A stretch of 34,135 bases of DNA from a virus. The translations under genes were made by a program, and so were the position numbers. Under the pieces are notes generated by a model, which saw only the letters and a list, made by a program, of their open reading frames with translations, made no database searches and was not told the DNA's origin. The stretch is taken from the UHGV virus genome UHGV-0125140; one strand, 5' to 3'. Below, in pieces: positions 24,194 through 34,065 of the stretch. The stretch's first letter is position 1. Every line of letters starts with the position of its first letter.

Positions 24194-27100
24194 AACGGTA
24201 ACAGCTATACTTACAGCACGTGATAACAATTTTACCAGTGCGATGAATGGCGCTGTGTCTTCGCTAAAAAAACTTAATTCAAATGCTTCTGATATTCCTA
24301 GTAATTTGAATACAGTGAATGGTGCGATGAAAAGTTTCGGTGATAAAACCGCAAGTATCGGCCAAAGCATTGAAAAAGTCGGCGGTTCGATGACTAAAGG
24401 TATTACACTCCCAATTGCGGGTGCCGTTGGCGCAGTAACAACCGCAGCGGTAAAATGGGAAAGTTCCTTTACTGGAGTTAAAAAGACCAACGATGAGATG
24501 GTCGATTCTAACGGTAAAGTCATTTATTCTTATGATGATTTAGAAAAAGGCCTTAGAGATTTAGCAAAAGAATTACCCACTAGTCATGAAGAAATTGCAA
24601 AAGTAGCAGAAGCAGCTGGACAGTTAGGAATAAAAACTGATAAAGTTGTCGGATTTACTAAAACAATGATCGATATGGGCGAATCAACAAATATGTCTGC
24701 AGATACAGCGGCTACATCCCTAGCTCGTTTTGCTAACATTACGCAAATGTCACAAGATAAATTTAGCAATCTTGGTTCAGCGATAGTTGACTTAGGTAAT
24801 AATTTAGCGACTACCGAATCAGAGATTACAGAGATGGGCTTACGTTTAGCAGGTGCAGGAAAACAAATTGGCATGACCGAAGGAGACATTGTAGGTTTTG
24901 CGGCGGCGTTATCATCTGTTGGTATAGAAGCCGAAGCGGGCGGATCGGCATTCTCTAGATTAATGGTACAAATGCAATTAGCAACTGAAACAGGAGTTGA
25001 AGCTTTTGCGCCTCTGAAACAAGCAGTAGCAGAGCAAGGCGTGTCTTGGGAATCTTTTGTGCATGCTGTAAACTGGGGTGGAAAAGAACTGACGGCAGTT
25101 TCTAAGCAAATGGGAATACCTACCTCAGAATTAAAGAAAATGTATAAAGAAGCTAGCAAAGCATCAGGTAGTCTGGAAGATTTTGCAAATGTAACAGGTC
25201 GAACTAGTGAAGAGTTTGCACAATTATTCAAAAGCAATCCATCTCAAGCACTAATTGAATTTATCCAGGGCTTAAAAGACTCGGAAAAACACGGAATATC
25301 AGCTATTAAAGTGCTCGACGATATGGGAATTACAGAAGTTAGATTACGTGATAGTTTATTACGTGCAGCCAATGCAAGTGATGTCTTTGAAGGGGCTGTA
25401 AAACGAGGTAACGAAGCGTTTAACGAAAATACAGCTCTAGCAGAAGAAGCTGGTAAACGATACGGAACTACAGAATCACAGTTAAAGATTTTACGTGGTC
25501 AATTAAATGATGTAGCAATTACGTTTGGCGGTCCATTAGTAGCCGCATTAAATAGCGCGATAAGTGCTGCTAAGCCTATGATTGAAGCTTTAGCAAATAT
25601 GGCAGAAGCTTTTGCATCAGCTGATCCAAAAACGCAAGAGTTCATTTTGAAAATGGCTGCGTTAGCCGCTTCTGCTGGCCCTGTGTTAAAAGTTTTTGGG
25701 AAAATGACAAGATTTTTCGGCAAAACGATTTCGACAATGTTTGAAACCGCAGGGAATATTGATAGCAAGTGGCAGCAATTTATTACTAAACCTATTGTTA
25801 ATGGCTCTGGTAGTGCATTACAAGCTGTAAAAGGGTTTGTTTCTAAATATAAATCAAATCTAGCAGGGCTTGAAAGCGCAGGAGTTAATGTAAATGTATT
25901 AACAAGATTTACCACGTTAGGAGAGACTATTTCAGGTCTTTTTCCTACGCTAGATACATTTAGAGCAAATCTACGAGCAAGTCAAAGACAGCTAAATATG
26001 CTAGGGGAAGGGAATAAAGTTACTAACTTTTTCCGTTCTTTTTCTGCTTCTTTACAATTATCTAACAGTAAGTTAGCGAAATTTGCCTCTGTTGTTATTA
26101 ATCCTGTAGGGTCGCTAAGAAACCTATCCTCTGCAGCTGGCAAATCGGGAACGGTTTTATCAGGGCTTGGCGTAGCCACCTCAAAAGCAGGTGGAGGTTT
26201 TAGAACATTTGCGGTAACGGGTATACGATCTATAGCTAGTTTAACAGGAGCTATGTTGAGCAATCCCATAACAGCAATTTTAGTAGCAATAACCGCTACG
26301 ATAGTTGGTGTAGTGCAAGCTTGGAAATCCAATTTTATGAACATTCAAGGCTACGTGAAAACTGCTTTTAGCGGAATAGTAAAATCGTTTAAAAGTGTAC
26401 TTCCTAGCTCTGCGAGTGTTACTAAAACAATAAAAGGATTAGGAAATACATTTAAATGGTTAGGTACTGGCGCAATTGTTGGTGTCACTTTTGCAATAGC
26501 AGGTTTTGTAGATGGCTTACGTACTATCGTTACTGTAGGAAAAACGGTAGTAAATGCAATAATGGCAATTTCAAACGGTGTAAAAGGACTTTGGAAACGA
26601 TTAAAAGGCGATTCTAAAGGTGCTGATAAAGCATTTAAAGATATGAAGAAAAGCTTATCTGATATTGAAAAAGATTGGGATACAATGTTTTCTGATTCTG
26701 CCTTAAAAAAAGCTGCTAAAAGCACCGAAGAATTAGGTAAAAAGTCCAAAGACACTACTAAAGCAATTTCGTTAAATATGGAAGAATCCTCTTCAAGTGT
26801 TGAAAATTATTCTTCAAAACTTGATGAAGCTAAACAGGCAATGACTGAACTTTTCTCACAGCAAAATGGTAGTACGGCTGGCGTAGAAACTTATTTCAAG
26901 AATACACTTGATTTAGTTACGAATTTAAAGGAACAACAGAAAAAGGCTGTTGAAACCTATAACAAGCAAATTGAAGCGGCAGAAGGAAAATCAGAAGCAG
27001 AGAAGCAAAAGATTTTTGCCAATGCTTCAAGCCAGTATATGAAAGCTGTTCAAACGAATAATAGTGATTTATTGAAGGTATATACTGATTATTCTAACCA

Positions 27101-28634
27101 ATTGAAGAATAATAAAACAGTAGAGGGTCAAGAATTGACAGAACAGCAAAGAGCTACTTTGCAAAATCAAACGAATATTATTCGGGATCAATTATTACAA
27201 CAGAACCAACAATTTGTTGAGGCTGGTATGAATAAGTTGGCTAATAAACAAGCATTAAGCGAGCAAGAAAAAGAACAAACTTTGACAAGCTTGCGAACGC
27301 TTGGGGAAATTCAAGCGCAACAAGTGCAAGAAAATAATGCCCAAATTCAGCAACTAGAAACACAAAAGAACCAAGCAAAAACAGAATCTGAAAAAGCAGC
27401 TTTCCAAAATCAAATTACACAATTACAAACGCAAAATGCTCAAATACGACAAAGTGAATTAGAGCAAGGAGCTCAACTTCTAGCGATTATTTCACAAAAT
27501 GGTGCAAATAAAATTGCAGTGACAGCTGATAATTTAGCACAACTTAAAGGCGTTACAGACCAACAGCTTTTAGGCATTTATCAATCTTATGTAAATAATG
27601 GTGCTAGCATTGACCAACAAATGGCTTTATTGGCAGGAATGCTACGTCAACGAGGGATTGATGGCTCTAACGGACTAGTTCAGGGATTGCAAAGTAATGA
27701 TCCAACGAAGTGGGCGAATATGTCAAGAGCTGACATTGTTAATACTTTACAAGCGTTGCCTCCTGACTTATTTAGAAATGGTCAAGACGGAAAAAACCAG
27801 TTAATTGATGGATTAAACTCTGGGAAAACACAACTTAATAATGTTGGTAAAGAATTGATGTCTTCGATGAATAGTGGTCAATCTTCGCAAAAATCTAATT
27901 CTAAGAAAGCTGCCGCTGATAATAGTAGTGCAGCTGCTTCTGGAACAAGAAGTAAAAGTAATGAACATAAAAATGCTGGTAAAAGCAATGCTCAACAGAC
28001 AAATGCTGGAACGAATTCTGAAAAAGGAAATGCGAAGAATTCTGGAAGTCAGCTAGGTGCGGCAACAATTCAAGGATATTTAACTCAGTTACCCCCTGCA
28101 AATAATGCTGGAAGGTCTTTAGGAAATGCGGTAAGTCAGGGTGCAGGTTCTGTAGATATGAGCCCTGTAGGTTCAAATATGGCTAGAGGTGTTGCTTCTG
28201 GTATTCGTGCAAGTCAGGGCGAAGCAGTGGCTGCTATGCAAAATTTAGTAGCCGCCGTTAATGCAGAAGCACAGAAAAAAGCAAAAATTAAATCACCATC
28301 ACGCCTATTGAAATATGATGTTGGTGTTTTCCTTGCACAAGGTGTAGCTGCAGGTATTCGAGAAGATACGTCGGTTGCCGTACAAAGTGCAAAAGATATG
28401 ATTTCAAGTATTCATCAATCTATTACGGGTAGCCGTTTGATGAAACGTTCAAATGCAATTGAGGTAAAACACTCTATAGATAATACGCCAATGGGAAAAA
28501 TGGTAGAAATTTTAGAAGAAATACGACATTTAACTGTTGTGATGGATACTGGCCAAGTAGTGGGAGCGCTAGGTAGCCCAATGAATCTTAATTTAGCAGA
28601 ACAACAAAAGCAAGATGGGAGGTATCGTAGTTGA
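24180..28634 (+). CDS. tail tape measure protein
   Basis: About 1485 aa, GTG at 24180 after GGAAAGGAGG. A long Q/N/E-rich coiled-coil middle and a Gly-rich C-terminal part. Largest gene in the tail module. Confidence 0.95.
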   Translation: MTQSKTVTAILTARDNNFTSAMNGAVSSLKKLNSNASDIPSNLNTVNGAMKSFGDKTASIGQSIEKVGGSMTKGITLPIAGAVGAVTTAAVKWESSFTGVKKTNDEMVDSNGKVIYSYDDLEKGLRDLAKELPTSHEEIAKVAEAAGQLGIKTDKVVGFTKTMIDMGESTNMSADTAATSLARFANITQMSQDKFSNLGSAIVDLGNNLATTESEITEMGLRLAGAGKQIGMTEGDIVGFAAALSSVGIEAEAGGSAFSRLMVQMQLATETGVEAFAPLKQAVAEQGVSWESFVHAVNWGGKELTAVSKQMGIPTSELKKMYKEASKASGSLEDFANVTGRTSEEFAQLFKSNPSQALIEFIQGLKDSEKHGISAIKVLDDMGITEVRLRDSLLRAANASDVFEGAVKRGNEAFNENTALAEEAGKRYGTTESQLKILRGQLNDVAITFGGPLVAALNSAISAAKPMIEALANMAEAFASADPKTQEFILKMAALAASAGPVLKVFGKMTRFFGKTISTMFETAGNIDSKWQQFITKPIVNGSGSALQAVKGFVSKYKSNLAGLESAGVNVNVLTRFTTLGETISGLFPTLDTFRANLRASQRQLNMLGEGNKVTNFFRSFSASLQLSNSKLAKFASVVINPVGSLRNLSSAAGKSGTVLSGLGVATSKAGGGFRTFAVTGIRSIASLTGAMLSNPITAILVAITATIVGVVQAWKSNFMNIQGYVKTAFSGIVKSFKSVLPSSASVTKTIKGLGNTFKWLGTGAIVGVTFAIAGFVDGLRTIVTVGKTVVNAIMAISNGVKGLWKRLKGDSKGADKAFKDMKKSLSDIEKDWDTMFSDSALKKAAKSTEELGKKSKDTTKAISLNMEESSSSVENYSSKLDEAKQAMTELFSQQNGSTAGVETYFKNTLDLVTNLKEQQKKAVETYNKQIEAAEGKSEAEKQKIFANASSQYMKAVQTNNSDLLKVYTDYSNQLKNNKTVEGQELTEQQRATLQNQTNIIRDQLLQQNQQFVEAGMNKLANKQALSEQEKEQTLTSLRTLGEIQAQQVQENNAQIQQLETQKNQAKTESEKAAFQNQITQLQTQNAQIRQSELEQGAQLLAIISQNGANKIAVTADNLAQLKGVTDQQLLGIYQSYVNNGASIDQQMALLAGMLRQRGIDGSNGLVQGLQSNDPTKWANMSRADIVNTLQALPPDLFRNGQDGKNQLIDGLNSGKTQLNNVGKELMSSMNSGQSSQKSNSKKAAADNSSAAASGTRSKSNEHKNAGKSNAQQTNAGTNSEKGNAKNSGSQLGAATIQGYLTQLPPANNAGRSLGNAVSQGAGSVDMSPVGSNMARGVASGIRASQGEAVAAMQNLVAAVNAEAQKKAKIKSPSRLLKYDVGVFLAQGVAAGIREDTSVAVQSAKDMISSIHQSITGSRLMKRSNAIEVKHSIDNTPMGKMVEILEEIRHLTVVMDTGQVVGALGSPMNLNLAEQQKQDGRYRS

Positions 28635-29353
28635 TTGAAATTGTAGAATATATGGCCAAAGGTCGTTTTAATAGCAAAGAACACGGTTTCTACATTATTG
28701 AACACGATGCTCCTTCAGCGGAAGAAGTGGAAATTATTGAACAGATCCCTTTCATGCAAGGTCAGTATGATTTTTCCATGCTTACAGGAGAACGAATTTT
28801 TAGTAATCGCATTGTCACTGTTACTTTTTGGCGACCTAATACGCCATACGAAGAACGAAAGGCATTAGAGGCGAAAGTAAAAGAAGAATTGATGATGGAT
28901 GGAATTGATTACATTGATGATTCTTGGTTACGTTCAGGGCTTCGCTGGTATGGAAAATGCAAAAGTGTGAAAGCAGAAGATGACTCGTCAAGTAATTCAT
29001 TAACGTTAACCGTAGAATTTGACGTGTATCCTTTTGCTTTAAGGGAAAATATTTCTTATTCCGATGTCTTTGACGATGACTATTTCACAGACGATAGCGC
29101 CGACAATTGGACAGGCTACTATATTCACGGAAAAAGAGAAATTTTTCTTATCAATATGGGAGCAAATGCTTCTAGTCCAACAATAAAGGCAACGTCTACA
29201 ATGCAATTAACTACTGATGACGGAATAACAATAAAAGTTCCGAAAGGCGAATCGCAAGATTATTTCTTTAAATTAAAAAGAGGGACTAACCACTTAACTA
29301 TTTATGGCGAAGGTCATATCTCTTTCTTTATGTCTAGTGAGGTGATGGTCTAA
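28631..29353 (+). CDS. distal tail protein (Dit, Sipho_tail family)
   Basis: 240 aa, immediately after the tape-measure gene (4 bp overlap, TTG start after GGGAGG). Confidence 0.75.
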   Translation: MIEIVEYMAKGRFNSKEHGFYIIEHDAPSAEEVEIIEQIPFMQGQYDFSMLTGERIFSNRIVTVTFWRPNTPYEERKALEAKVKEELMMDGIDYIDDSWLRSGLRWYGKCKSVKAEDDSSSNSLTLTVEFDVYPFALRENISYSDVFDDDYFTDDSADNWTGYYIHGKREIFLINMGANASSPTIKATSTMQLTTDDGITIKVPKGESQDYFFKLKRGTNHLTIYGEGHISFFMSSEVMV

Positions 29354-30798
29354 TGTATCGAGTATTATTGTTTGATAATCCGAACAGAAAGAATCCAAAG
29401 ATTGTTCATGAGCCATATAGCTATGGTGAGAAAATCAAAGATAGTGAAGTATATTTATCGCTTAACGGATTAGGAATTTCTACTTTTGAATTTACCTTTA
29501 ATATTAACAATAAATACTATCAAAAGATTGAGCCGATTATTCACTTTATCCAGATTGTGGATGTTACAAGAAATAAAGAAATTTTTTATGGTAGAGTTGC
29601 TAAAATCACGAATAAAATGGAAGCATCAGGAAGCTTTTCTCAAACTCTCTTAGCGGAGGATGAGAAAGCTTTTTTATATGATTCTGTTCAAACCTATATG
29701 AAACCAACACGGATGACTGTATCTGCTTATTTACAAAAAATACTCGATGCACACAATAAACAAGTTGAAGCGCATAAGCAGTTTCGGCTTGGTGAAGTGA
29801 ATGTTGTAGATAATGGGGACTTGCTAAGAGGATTAGGCTATCAAAGTACAGCTGATACCATTAAAGAAAAATTGTTGGATAGGCTGGGCGGTACGTTAAC
29901 ACTTCGACGTGTTGGGAATATAAATTATTTAGATTATCTATCTAATTATGGTGTGAACAGTGAAACTCCTTTACAGTTAACCAAAAATCTAAAAAGTGCT
30001 ACTCGAGATATTGATATTTCTGAATTGTTTACAAGGATTGTGCCCGTCGGTCAAGATATTGAAGATACGTCAAATACTGATATTGAAGTGGGAACAGATT
30101 TTTCACGACCTAAATACACCATCGAAAAAGTAAATGGCGGTAAGAATTACCTTGATGATGAAGCGTTAATCAAAAAATTTGGATTAAACACGGGCATTGT
30201 AGAATTTTCAAATGTCAAAGACCCATCAATTTTAAAACGTCGAGGGTTGCAATGGCTAAAAGACCAAAGCTTGATGTTGGTAACTTGGACAGTTGAAGCC
30301 ATTGAGTTAGGGCTATTGGATAAACGGTATGAATTAATCACTTTAGGAAACAGTTATAAAGTAGATAATCAATTTATTTATGCTGTAGAACGATTACAAG
30401 TGATTGAGAAAAAATTTAGTATTTTAGAACCGCAAAAGGTTACTTTGACTATTGGTTCGAAAAAGAAAAAACTGACCGATTATCAAAACGAAATAAAAGC
30501 TATTCAATCCAATTTAGTAAACGTAAAAAAATTTGCGACGGCAGGAGTTCAAAACATATCAGAGTTGATAAAAAGACAGGAAGAATTTGACAATGATTTA
30601 TCTGTTCAAAGTAGTAAAGTTAGTTCTTTGGAAGACTTAACCAGTGAATTATCAACAACCGTGACAGAATCGACGGAAGCCTTTAAACAATTAGCAAGTG
30701 ATTTAACAAATACAGTCGAATCTGTAGGTACTGCTCAAACTGAGATGAAAAAGGCGTTAGACGATTTAATTAAGCGCGTAGAGAAATTAGAAAAATAA
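29353..30798 (+). CDS. tail-associated protein (Tal / prophage-tail N-terminal structural domain) with a C-terminal coiled coil
   Basis: 481 aa, position after Dit. No recognisable lytic domain. Confidence 0.65.
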   Translation: MYRVLLFDNPNRKNPKIVHEPYSYGEKIKDSEVYLSLNGLGISTFEFTFNINNKYYQKIEPIIHFIQIVDVTRNKEIFYGRVAKITNKMEASGSFSQTLLAEDEKAFLYDSVQTYMKPTRMTVSAYLQKILDAHNKQVEAHKQFRLGEVNVVDNGDLLRGLGYQSTADTIKEKLLDRLGGTLTLRRVGNINYLDYLSNYGVNSETPLQLTKNLKSATRDIDISELFTRIVPVGQDIEDTSNTDIEVGTDFSRPKYTIEKVNGGKNYLDDEALIKKFGLNTGIVEFSNVKDPSILKRRGLQWLKDQSLMLVTWTVEAIELGLLDKRYELITLGNSYKVDNQFIYAVERLQVIEKKFSILEPQKVTLTIGSKKKKLTDYQNEIKAIQSNLVNVKKFATAGVQNISELIKRQEEFDNDLSVQSSKVSSLEDLTSELSTTVTESTEAFKQLASDLTNTVESVGTAQTEMKKALDDLIKRVEKLEK

Positions 30799-30803
30799 GA
30801 GAG

Positions 30804-31544
30804 GTGAGACGGTTGGCACAAGAATTTAAGGATACTCGACCAACAAATGAACCAAATACAACAGTTGATTATCAAGACCCGACCGATGTCGATGAGGTGC
30901 AAGATGAAATAAAAAACGGTGTGATTGATCCTATTTCTCAAACGTTCGCTTTGTGGATTCGAACAAAGATGTATCGACGACATGTTCGAGAATCTTTAGC
31001 TCGTATGATGGAGTATACCAGTGTTTTATTTAATAAAATAAAGGCTATTTCTGAAAATACAGAAAAACGCCAATCTAAAGTAGAACAACGTCAAACCAAT
31101 TTAGAGGAACGTTTTAAAGATGTAATCGCAAATGCTACAACAGATAGCGAAGTTATCGATGCTCGAAGTAGTGAACGTTTGGGAAATTTTAAAACGTTAG
31201 ATGAACGGCTAGAATATTTTGAAAATATCATTGCTTCTGTAATTCCAGTTGGTTTTGATGTAACTATTGTTCACAATTTAGGAGCTCAACCAGTCGTTAA
31301 TGTTCGTACTTGGACACATGGTATAGGTGTACTGCCTTTAGGTACAGAACCAACAGGATTATTTGGCGGTAGTGCTTCTCAATCAATTCAATGTACGGTA
31401 AAACATGTGAATTCTTCTGAATGTATTGTGACTATTCCGCTAGATTATAAAACAGATTCTCTACCAGTAAAAATTGATGAGCATAAGTATTTACTTATTG
31501 ATGGTCAGAATAGCCGATCTATTGTATTTGACTTAATTTTATAA
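30804..31544 (+). CDS. putative tail fibre / receptor-binding or baseplate protein
   Basis: Position downstream of Tal. Coiled-coil N-terminal half and beta-rich C-terminal half. Start may be TTG at 30813. Confidence 0.4.
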   Translation: MRRLAQEFKDTRPTNEPNTTVDYQDPTDVDEVQDEIKNGVIDPISQTFALWIRTKMYRRHVRESLARMMEYTSVLFNKIKAISENTEKRQSKVEQRQTNLEERFKDVIANATTDSEVIDARSSERLGNFKTLDERLEYFENIIASVIPVGFDVTIVHNLGAQPVVNVRTWTHGIGVLPLGTEPTGLFGGSASQSIQCTVKHVNSSECIVTIPLDYKTDSLPVKIDEHKYLLIDGQNSRSIVFDLIL

Positions 31545-31555
31545 GAAAGGACGTT

Positions 31556-32041
31556 GTGAATATGGATTTAACTAGAATTTATAGAGGGATGGAGAACGGG
31601 GCAGAATCGATTGAAGAAAATTTCAATAAAATTGGTGCAGCCGTTGATAGCACCTCAAGAACTTTCCAAAAAATCACCAAAAAAGAACCGTTGTGGACAG
31701 GTGCATGGTATGGCGGAGCTGCAGGAAACGGTAATGTTCCTTCTAAATCGCTATCGGAGTGTGAGAACGGGTGGATTTTCCAATGGCAAGAATATAAAAA
31801 AGACGGCACCTTAAACGGTGCATGTTATCACTTTTTCTTAGTACCTAAACAGCATGCGCAGAATCCAGGTTCTGGAGGAGTTATTTTTCTTTTACATGGA
31901 TACAACGCTAATAGTTTAGTGCGGAAATATTTATATGTTAAGGATACTAAAATTACTGGTAATGATATAAATGCCTCTTCTAGTGATACAGCTGGTTCAG
32001 GCAGTAAAATGTTTGCGTTAAGTGCGATTTATGAATACTAG
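31556..32041 (+). CDS. putative receptor-binding (distal) tail protein
   Basis: Gly/Asn-rich beta-type composition, last structural gene before the lysis cassette. Confidence 0.35.
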   Translation: MNMDLTRIYRGMENGAESIEENFNKIGAAVDSTSRTFQKITKKEPLWTGAWYGGAAGNGNVPSKSLSECENGWIFQWQEYKKDGTLNGACYHFFLVPKQHAQNPGSGGVIFLLHGYNANSLVRKYLYVKDTKITGNDINASSSDTAGSGSKMFALSAIYEY

Positions 32042-32054
32042 GAGGAAAGAGAAC

Positions 32055-32450
32055 ATGAAAATTTGGATTGATGATATTCAAGGTTATTTAGACGGATATT
32101 CCACAATGGAACAACCGAATAAAATTGAACTTGAAGTAGAAAAAGAACCAACAGATTTTTATAATTATCGCTGGAACGGGACAAGCTTAATATACGATCC
32201 TAACAATGTGCCAGAACCAGAGCCCGCACCACCAACCGACATTGAGGTATTACAAGCCGAAAATGCGGAATTAAAACAATTGAATTCAAAACTTATGATT
32301 AATGACATGAATTTAAAAAAAGAGCTTTCAGAAGTAACGAAGAAAGCAGATAATTTTGCGCAAATTAGTGCAAAATCAATGCTTGCGATTAATCAATTAA
32401 CCAATCAGGTAAAAGAAATTAACGAAAAATTAGCAGAAGGAGTGGAATAA
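32055..32450 (+). CDS. XkdW-like phage protein with a coiled coil
   Basis: ATG at 32055 after TAGGAGGAAAGAGAAC. Position and size resemble PBSX xkdW-type genes preceding xkdX and the holin. Confidence 0.4.
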   Translation: MKIWIDDIQGYLDGYSTMEQPNKIELEVEKEPTDFYNYRWNGTSLIYDPNNVPEPEPAPPTDIEVLQAENAELKQLNSKLMINDMNLKKELSEVTKKADNFAQISAKSMLAINQLTNQVKEINEKLAEGVE

Positions 32451-32451
32451 A

Positions 32452-32574
32452 ATGTTTACATTTGATGACATTAAAATGATGTATGACTGGGGCTGTTTTA
32501 CAGATGAACAAGTAATGGAGTTTGTCCCACTTTGCATTACAGAAAAAGAAGCGAAAGAAATTGTCGGAAAGTAG
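32452..32574 (+). CDS. XkdX-family small protein (40 aa), unannotated in the ORF track
   Basis: Hand translation gives MFTFDDIKMMYDWGCFTDEQVMEFVPLCITEKEAKEIVGK. The pattern ...Y..G.FT.EQV.EFV....IT.EE..EI.G is typical of XkdX. Confidence 0.5.
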   Translation: MFTFDDIKMMYDWGCFTDEQVMEFVPLCITEKEAKEIVGK

Positions 32575-32584
32575 GTAAGTAGCA

Positions 32585-32794
32585 ATGATTGAAGAGTTTG
32601 TGAGAGGTTTATTAACGAATCCAGAGCAAGTAACGTTTACTACTCTATTTGTTGGTTTATTTATTTGGGTGATGAAACAAAATAGTGATCGCGAACGTAA
32701 TTATCAAGAAACAATTGGAAAGCTTGCGGACTCGTTAAAAGATGTTGAGGACATCAAGACGACAGTAGAAAAAATTCATGAAAAATTAAATTGA
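32585..32794 (+). CDS. holin, BhlA/UviB family
   Basis: 69 aa, one TM segment (VTFTTLFVGLFIWVM), then MKQNSDRERNYQ... and a charged helical tail. Closely parallels the BhlA architecture (WxxxxVMK.S.ERE). Confidence 0.7.
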   Translation: MIEEFVRGLLTNPEQVTFTTLFVGLFIWVMKQNSDRERNYQETIGKLADSLKDVEDIKTTVEKIHEKLN

Positions 32795-32822
32795 GGTATG
32801 GCTCTAAGCCATGCCTTTTTAT
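32795..32822 (+). terminator. intrinsic terminator between holin and endolysin (GGTATGGC-tctaa-GCCATGCC, then TTTTT)
   Basis: 8-bp stem (one G:U pair) plus a T-run, starting 1 nt after the holin stop. Confidence 0.55.
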
Positions 32823-32846
32823 TATTAATTTTAGGAAGGTGTTTTT

Positions 32847-33953
32847 ATGAAAAAAACTGTTAAATTATTAGTAGCTGTCGGAATGGGATTAAGTTTTATG
32901 TTACCAATTGGCGCAAATGCTTACCAAATTGAACAAGACCCAATCAATTTCGGTGGCTATTTCCCTGGATATGCAACTAACGAATTGATTGTATTGCATG
33001 AGTCAGGAAATGGAAATAATGTCGGTCCAAATAGTTTAGACAATGAAACGGCATATATGAAACGAAACTGGCAAAATGCGTACGTTTCATATTTTGTTGG
33101 TTCTGGTGGTCGAGTGAAACAGTTAGCGCCAGCAGGACAAATTCAATGGGGCGCAGGACAAACAGCGAATGCAAAAGCCTATGCTCAAATCGAATTAGCA
33201 CGAACGAATAACAAAGAAACGTTCAAGAAAGACTATGCAGCCTATGTTAATTTGATTCGTGATTTAGCAACTCAAATCGGCGCAACATTTGATTTAGATG
33301 ATGGTACAGGATACGGAATTGTATCGCACGATTGGGTATCTAAAAATTGGTGGGGCGATCATACAGATCCTTACGGTTATTTAGCAAGTTGGGGAATTAG
33401 TAAAGCACAATTAGCACAAGACTTACAAACTGGACTTCCAGAAGACGGTCATGATGTTATTGTAAACCCCGGCAAACCAAACAAGCCTAAATATAAAGTA
33501 GGGCAGAACGTTCGCTTTACAACGATCTATAAAAATCCAGATGCGCCAATCGAGCAACATATCAATGCAAATACTTTATGGACACAAGTTGGTACAATCA
33601 CACAGAAATTAGACGGTCGTAAAAATCTATATCGGATTGAAAATAGCGGTAAATTATTAGGATACGCGAACGATGGCGATATTGCGGAGCTTTGGGAAAA
33701 TAGCAAACCTAAGCCAGCTAAAGTTTTTACTATCGGTGTAAATGAAGGGATTGTGTTACGTACTGGCTCACCTAGTCTGTATGCGCCAGTATATGGTATC
33801 TGGCCAAAAGGTGCGCAATTTAGATATGATTCAGTCCATGTAGCTGACGGCTATGTTTGGTTAGGTGGAACAGATTCAAATGGAACAAGAATTTACATTC
33901 CTGTTGGTCCAAATGATGGTGATCCAAATAATACTTGGGGAACTGGTTATTAA
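32847..33953 (+). CDS. endolysin: N-acetylmuramoyl-L-alanine amidase (Amidase_2/PGRP) with two C-terminal SH3b-like wall-binding repeats and an N-terminal Sec-type signal peptide
   Basis: N-terminus MKKTVKLLVAVGMGLSFMLPIGANA|YQ has a basic, hydrophobic, AXA layout. Amidase_2-like core follows (LVLHESGN ..., HDWVS..WGDHTDP). Two SH3_5-like segments (KYKVGQNVRF..., VFTIGVNEGIVLRTG...WLGG). Confidence 0.88.
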   Translation: MKKTVKLLVAVGMGLSFMLPIGANAYQIEQDPINFGGYFPGYATNELIVLHESGNGNNVGPNSLDNETAYMKRNWQNAYVSYFVGSGGRVKQLAPAGQIQWGAGQTANAKAYAQIELARTNNKETFKKDYAAYVNLIRDLATQIGATFDLDDGTGYGIVSHDWVSKNWWGDHTDPYGYLASWGISKAQLAQDLQTGLPEDGHDVIVNPGKPNKPKYKVGQNVRFTTIYKNPDAPIEQHINANTLWTQVGTITQKLDGRKNLYRIENSGKLLGYANDGDIAELWENSKPKPAKVFTIGVNEGIVLRTGSPSLYAPVYGIWPKGAQFRYDSVHVADGYVWLGGTDSNGTRIYIPVGPNDGDPNNTWGTGY

Positions 33954-33964
33954 GAAATAAGAAA

Positions 33965-34000
33965 ATCCCTACTTCTCATTACTAGAGGTAGGGATTTTTT
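33965..34000 (+). terminator. rho-independent terminator after the endolysin (CCCTAC...GTAGGG, then ATTTTTT)
   Basis: Inverted repeat plus a T-run 10 nt after the stop codon. Confidence 0.65.
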
Positions 34001-34046
34001 CAACGGTAAATTATGTTGAGATTTTTTTATTCTTATAGGTAAAAAT

Positions 34047-34065
34047 GACCATACTTTGACCATAC
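34047..34065. repeat. attR: attR candidate: GACCATACTTTGACCATAC
   Basis: Direct repeat of 128-147 with one T fewer. Lies beyond the last phage terminator. Confidence 0.7.

Noticed and set aside
24137-26755. Five long minus-strand ORFs inside the tape-measure gene (24137-24523, 24584-25237, 25499-25915, 25982-26344, 26351-26755)
   Set aside because: They are antisense to a clearly coding, compositionally biased gene. They have no RBS, and their translations are low-complexity A/S/P-rich. These are frame-shadow artefacts.
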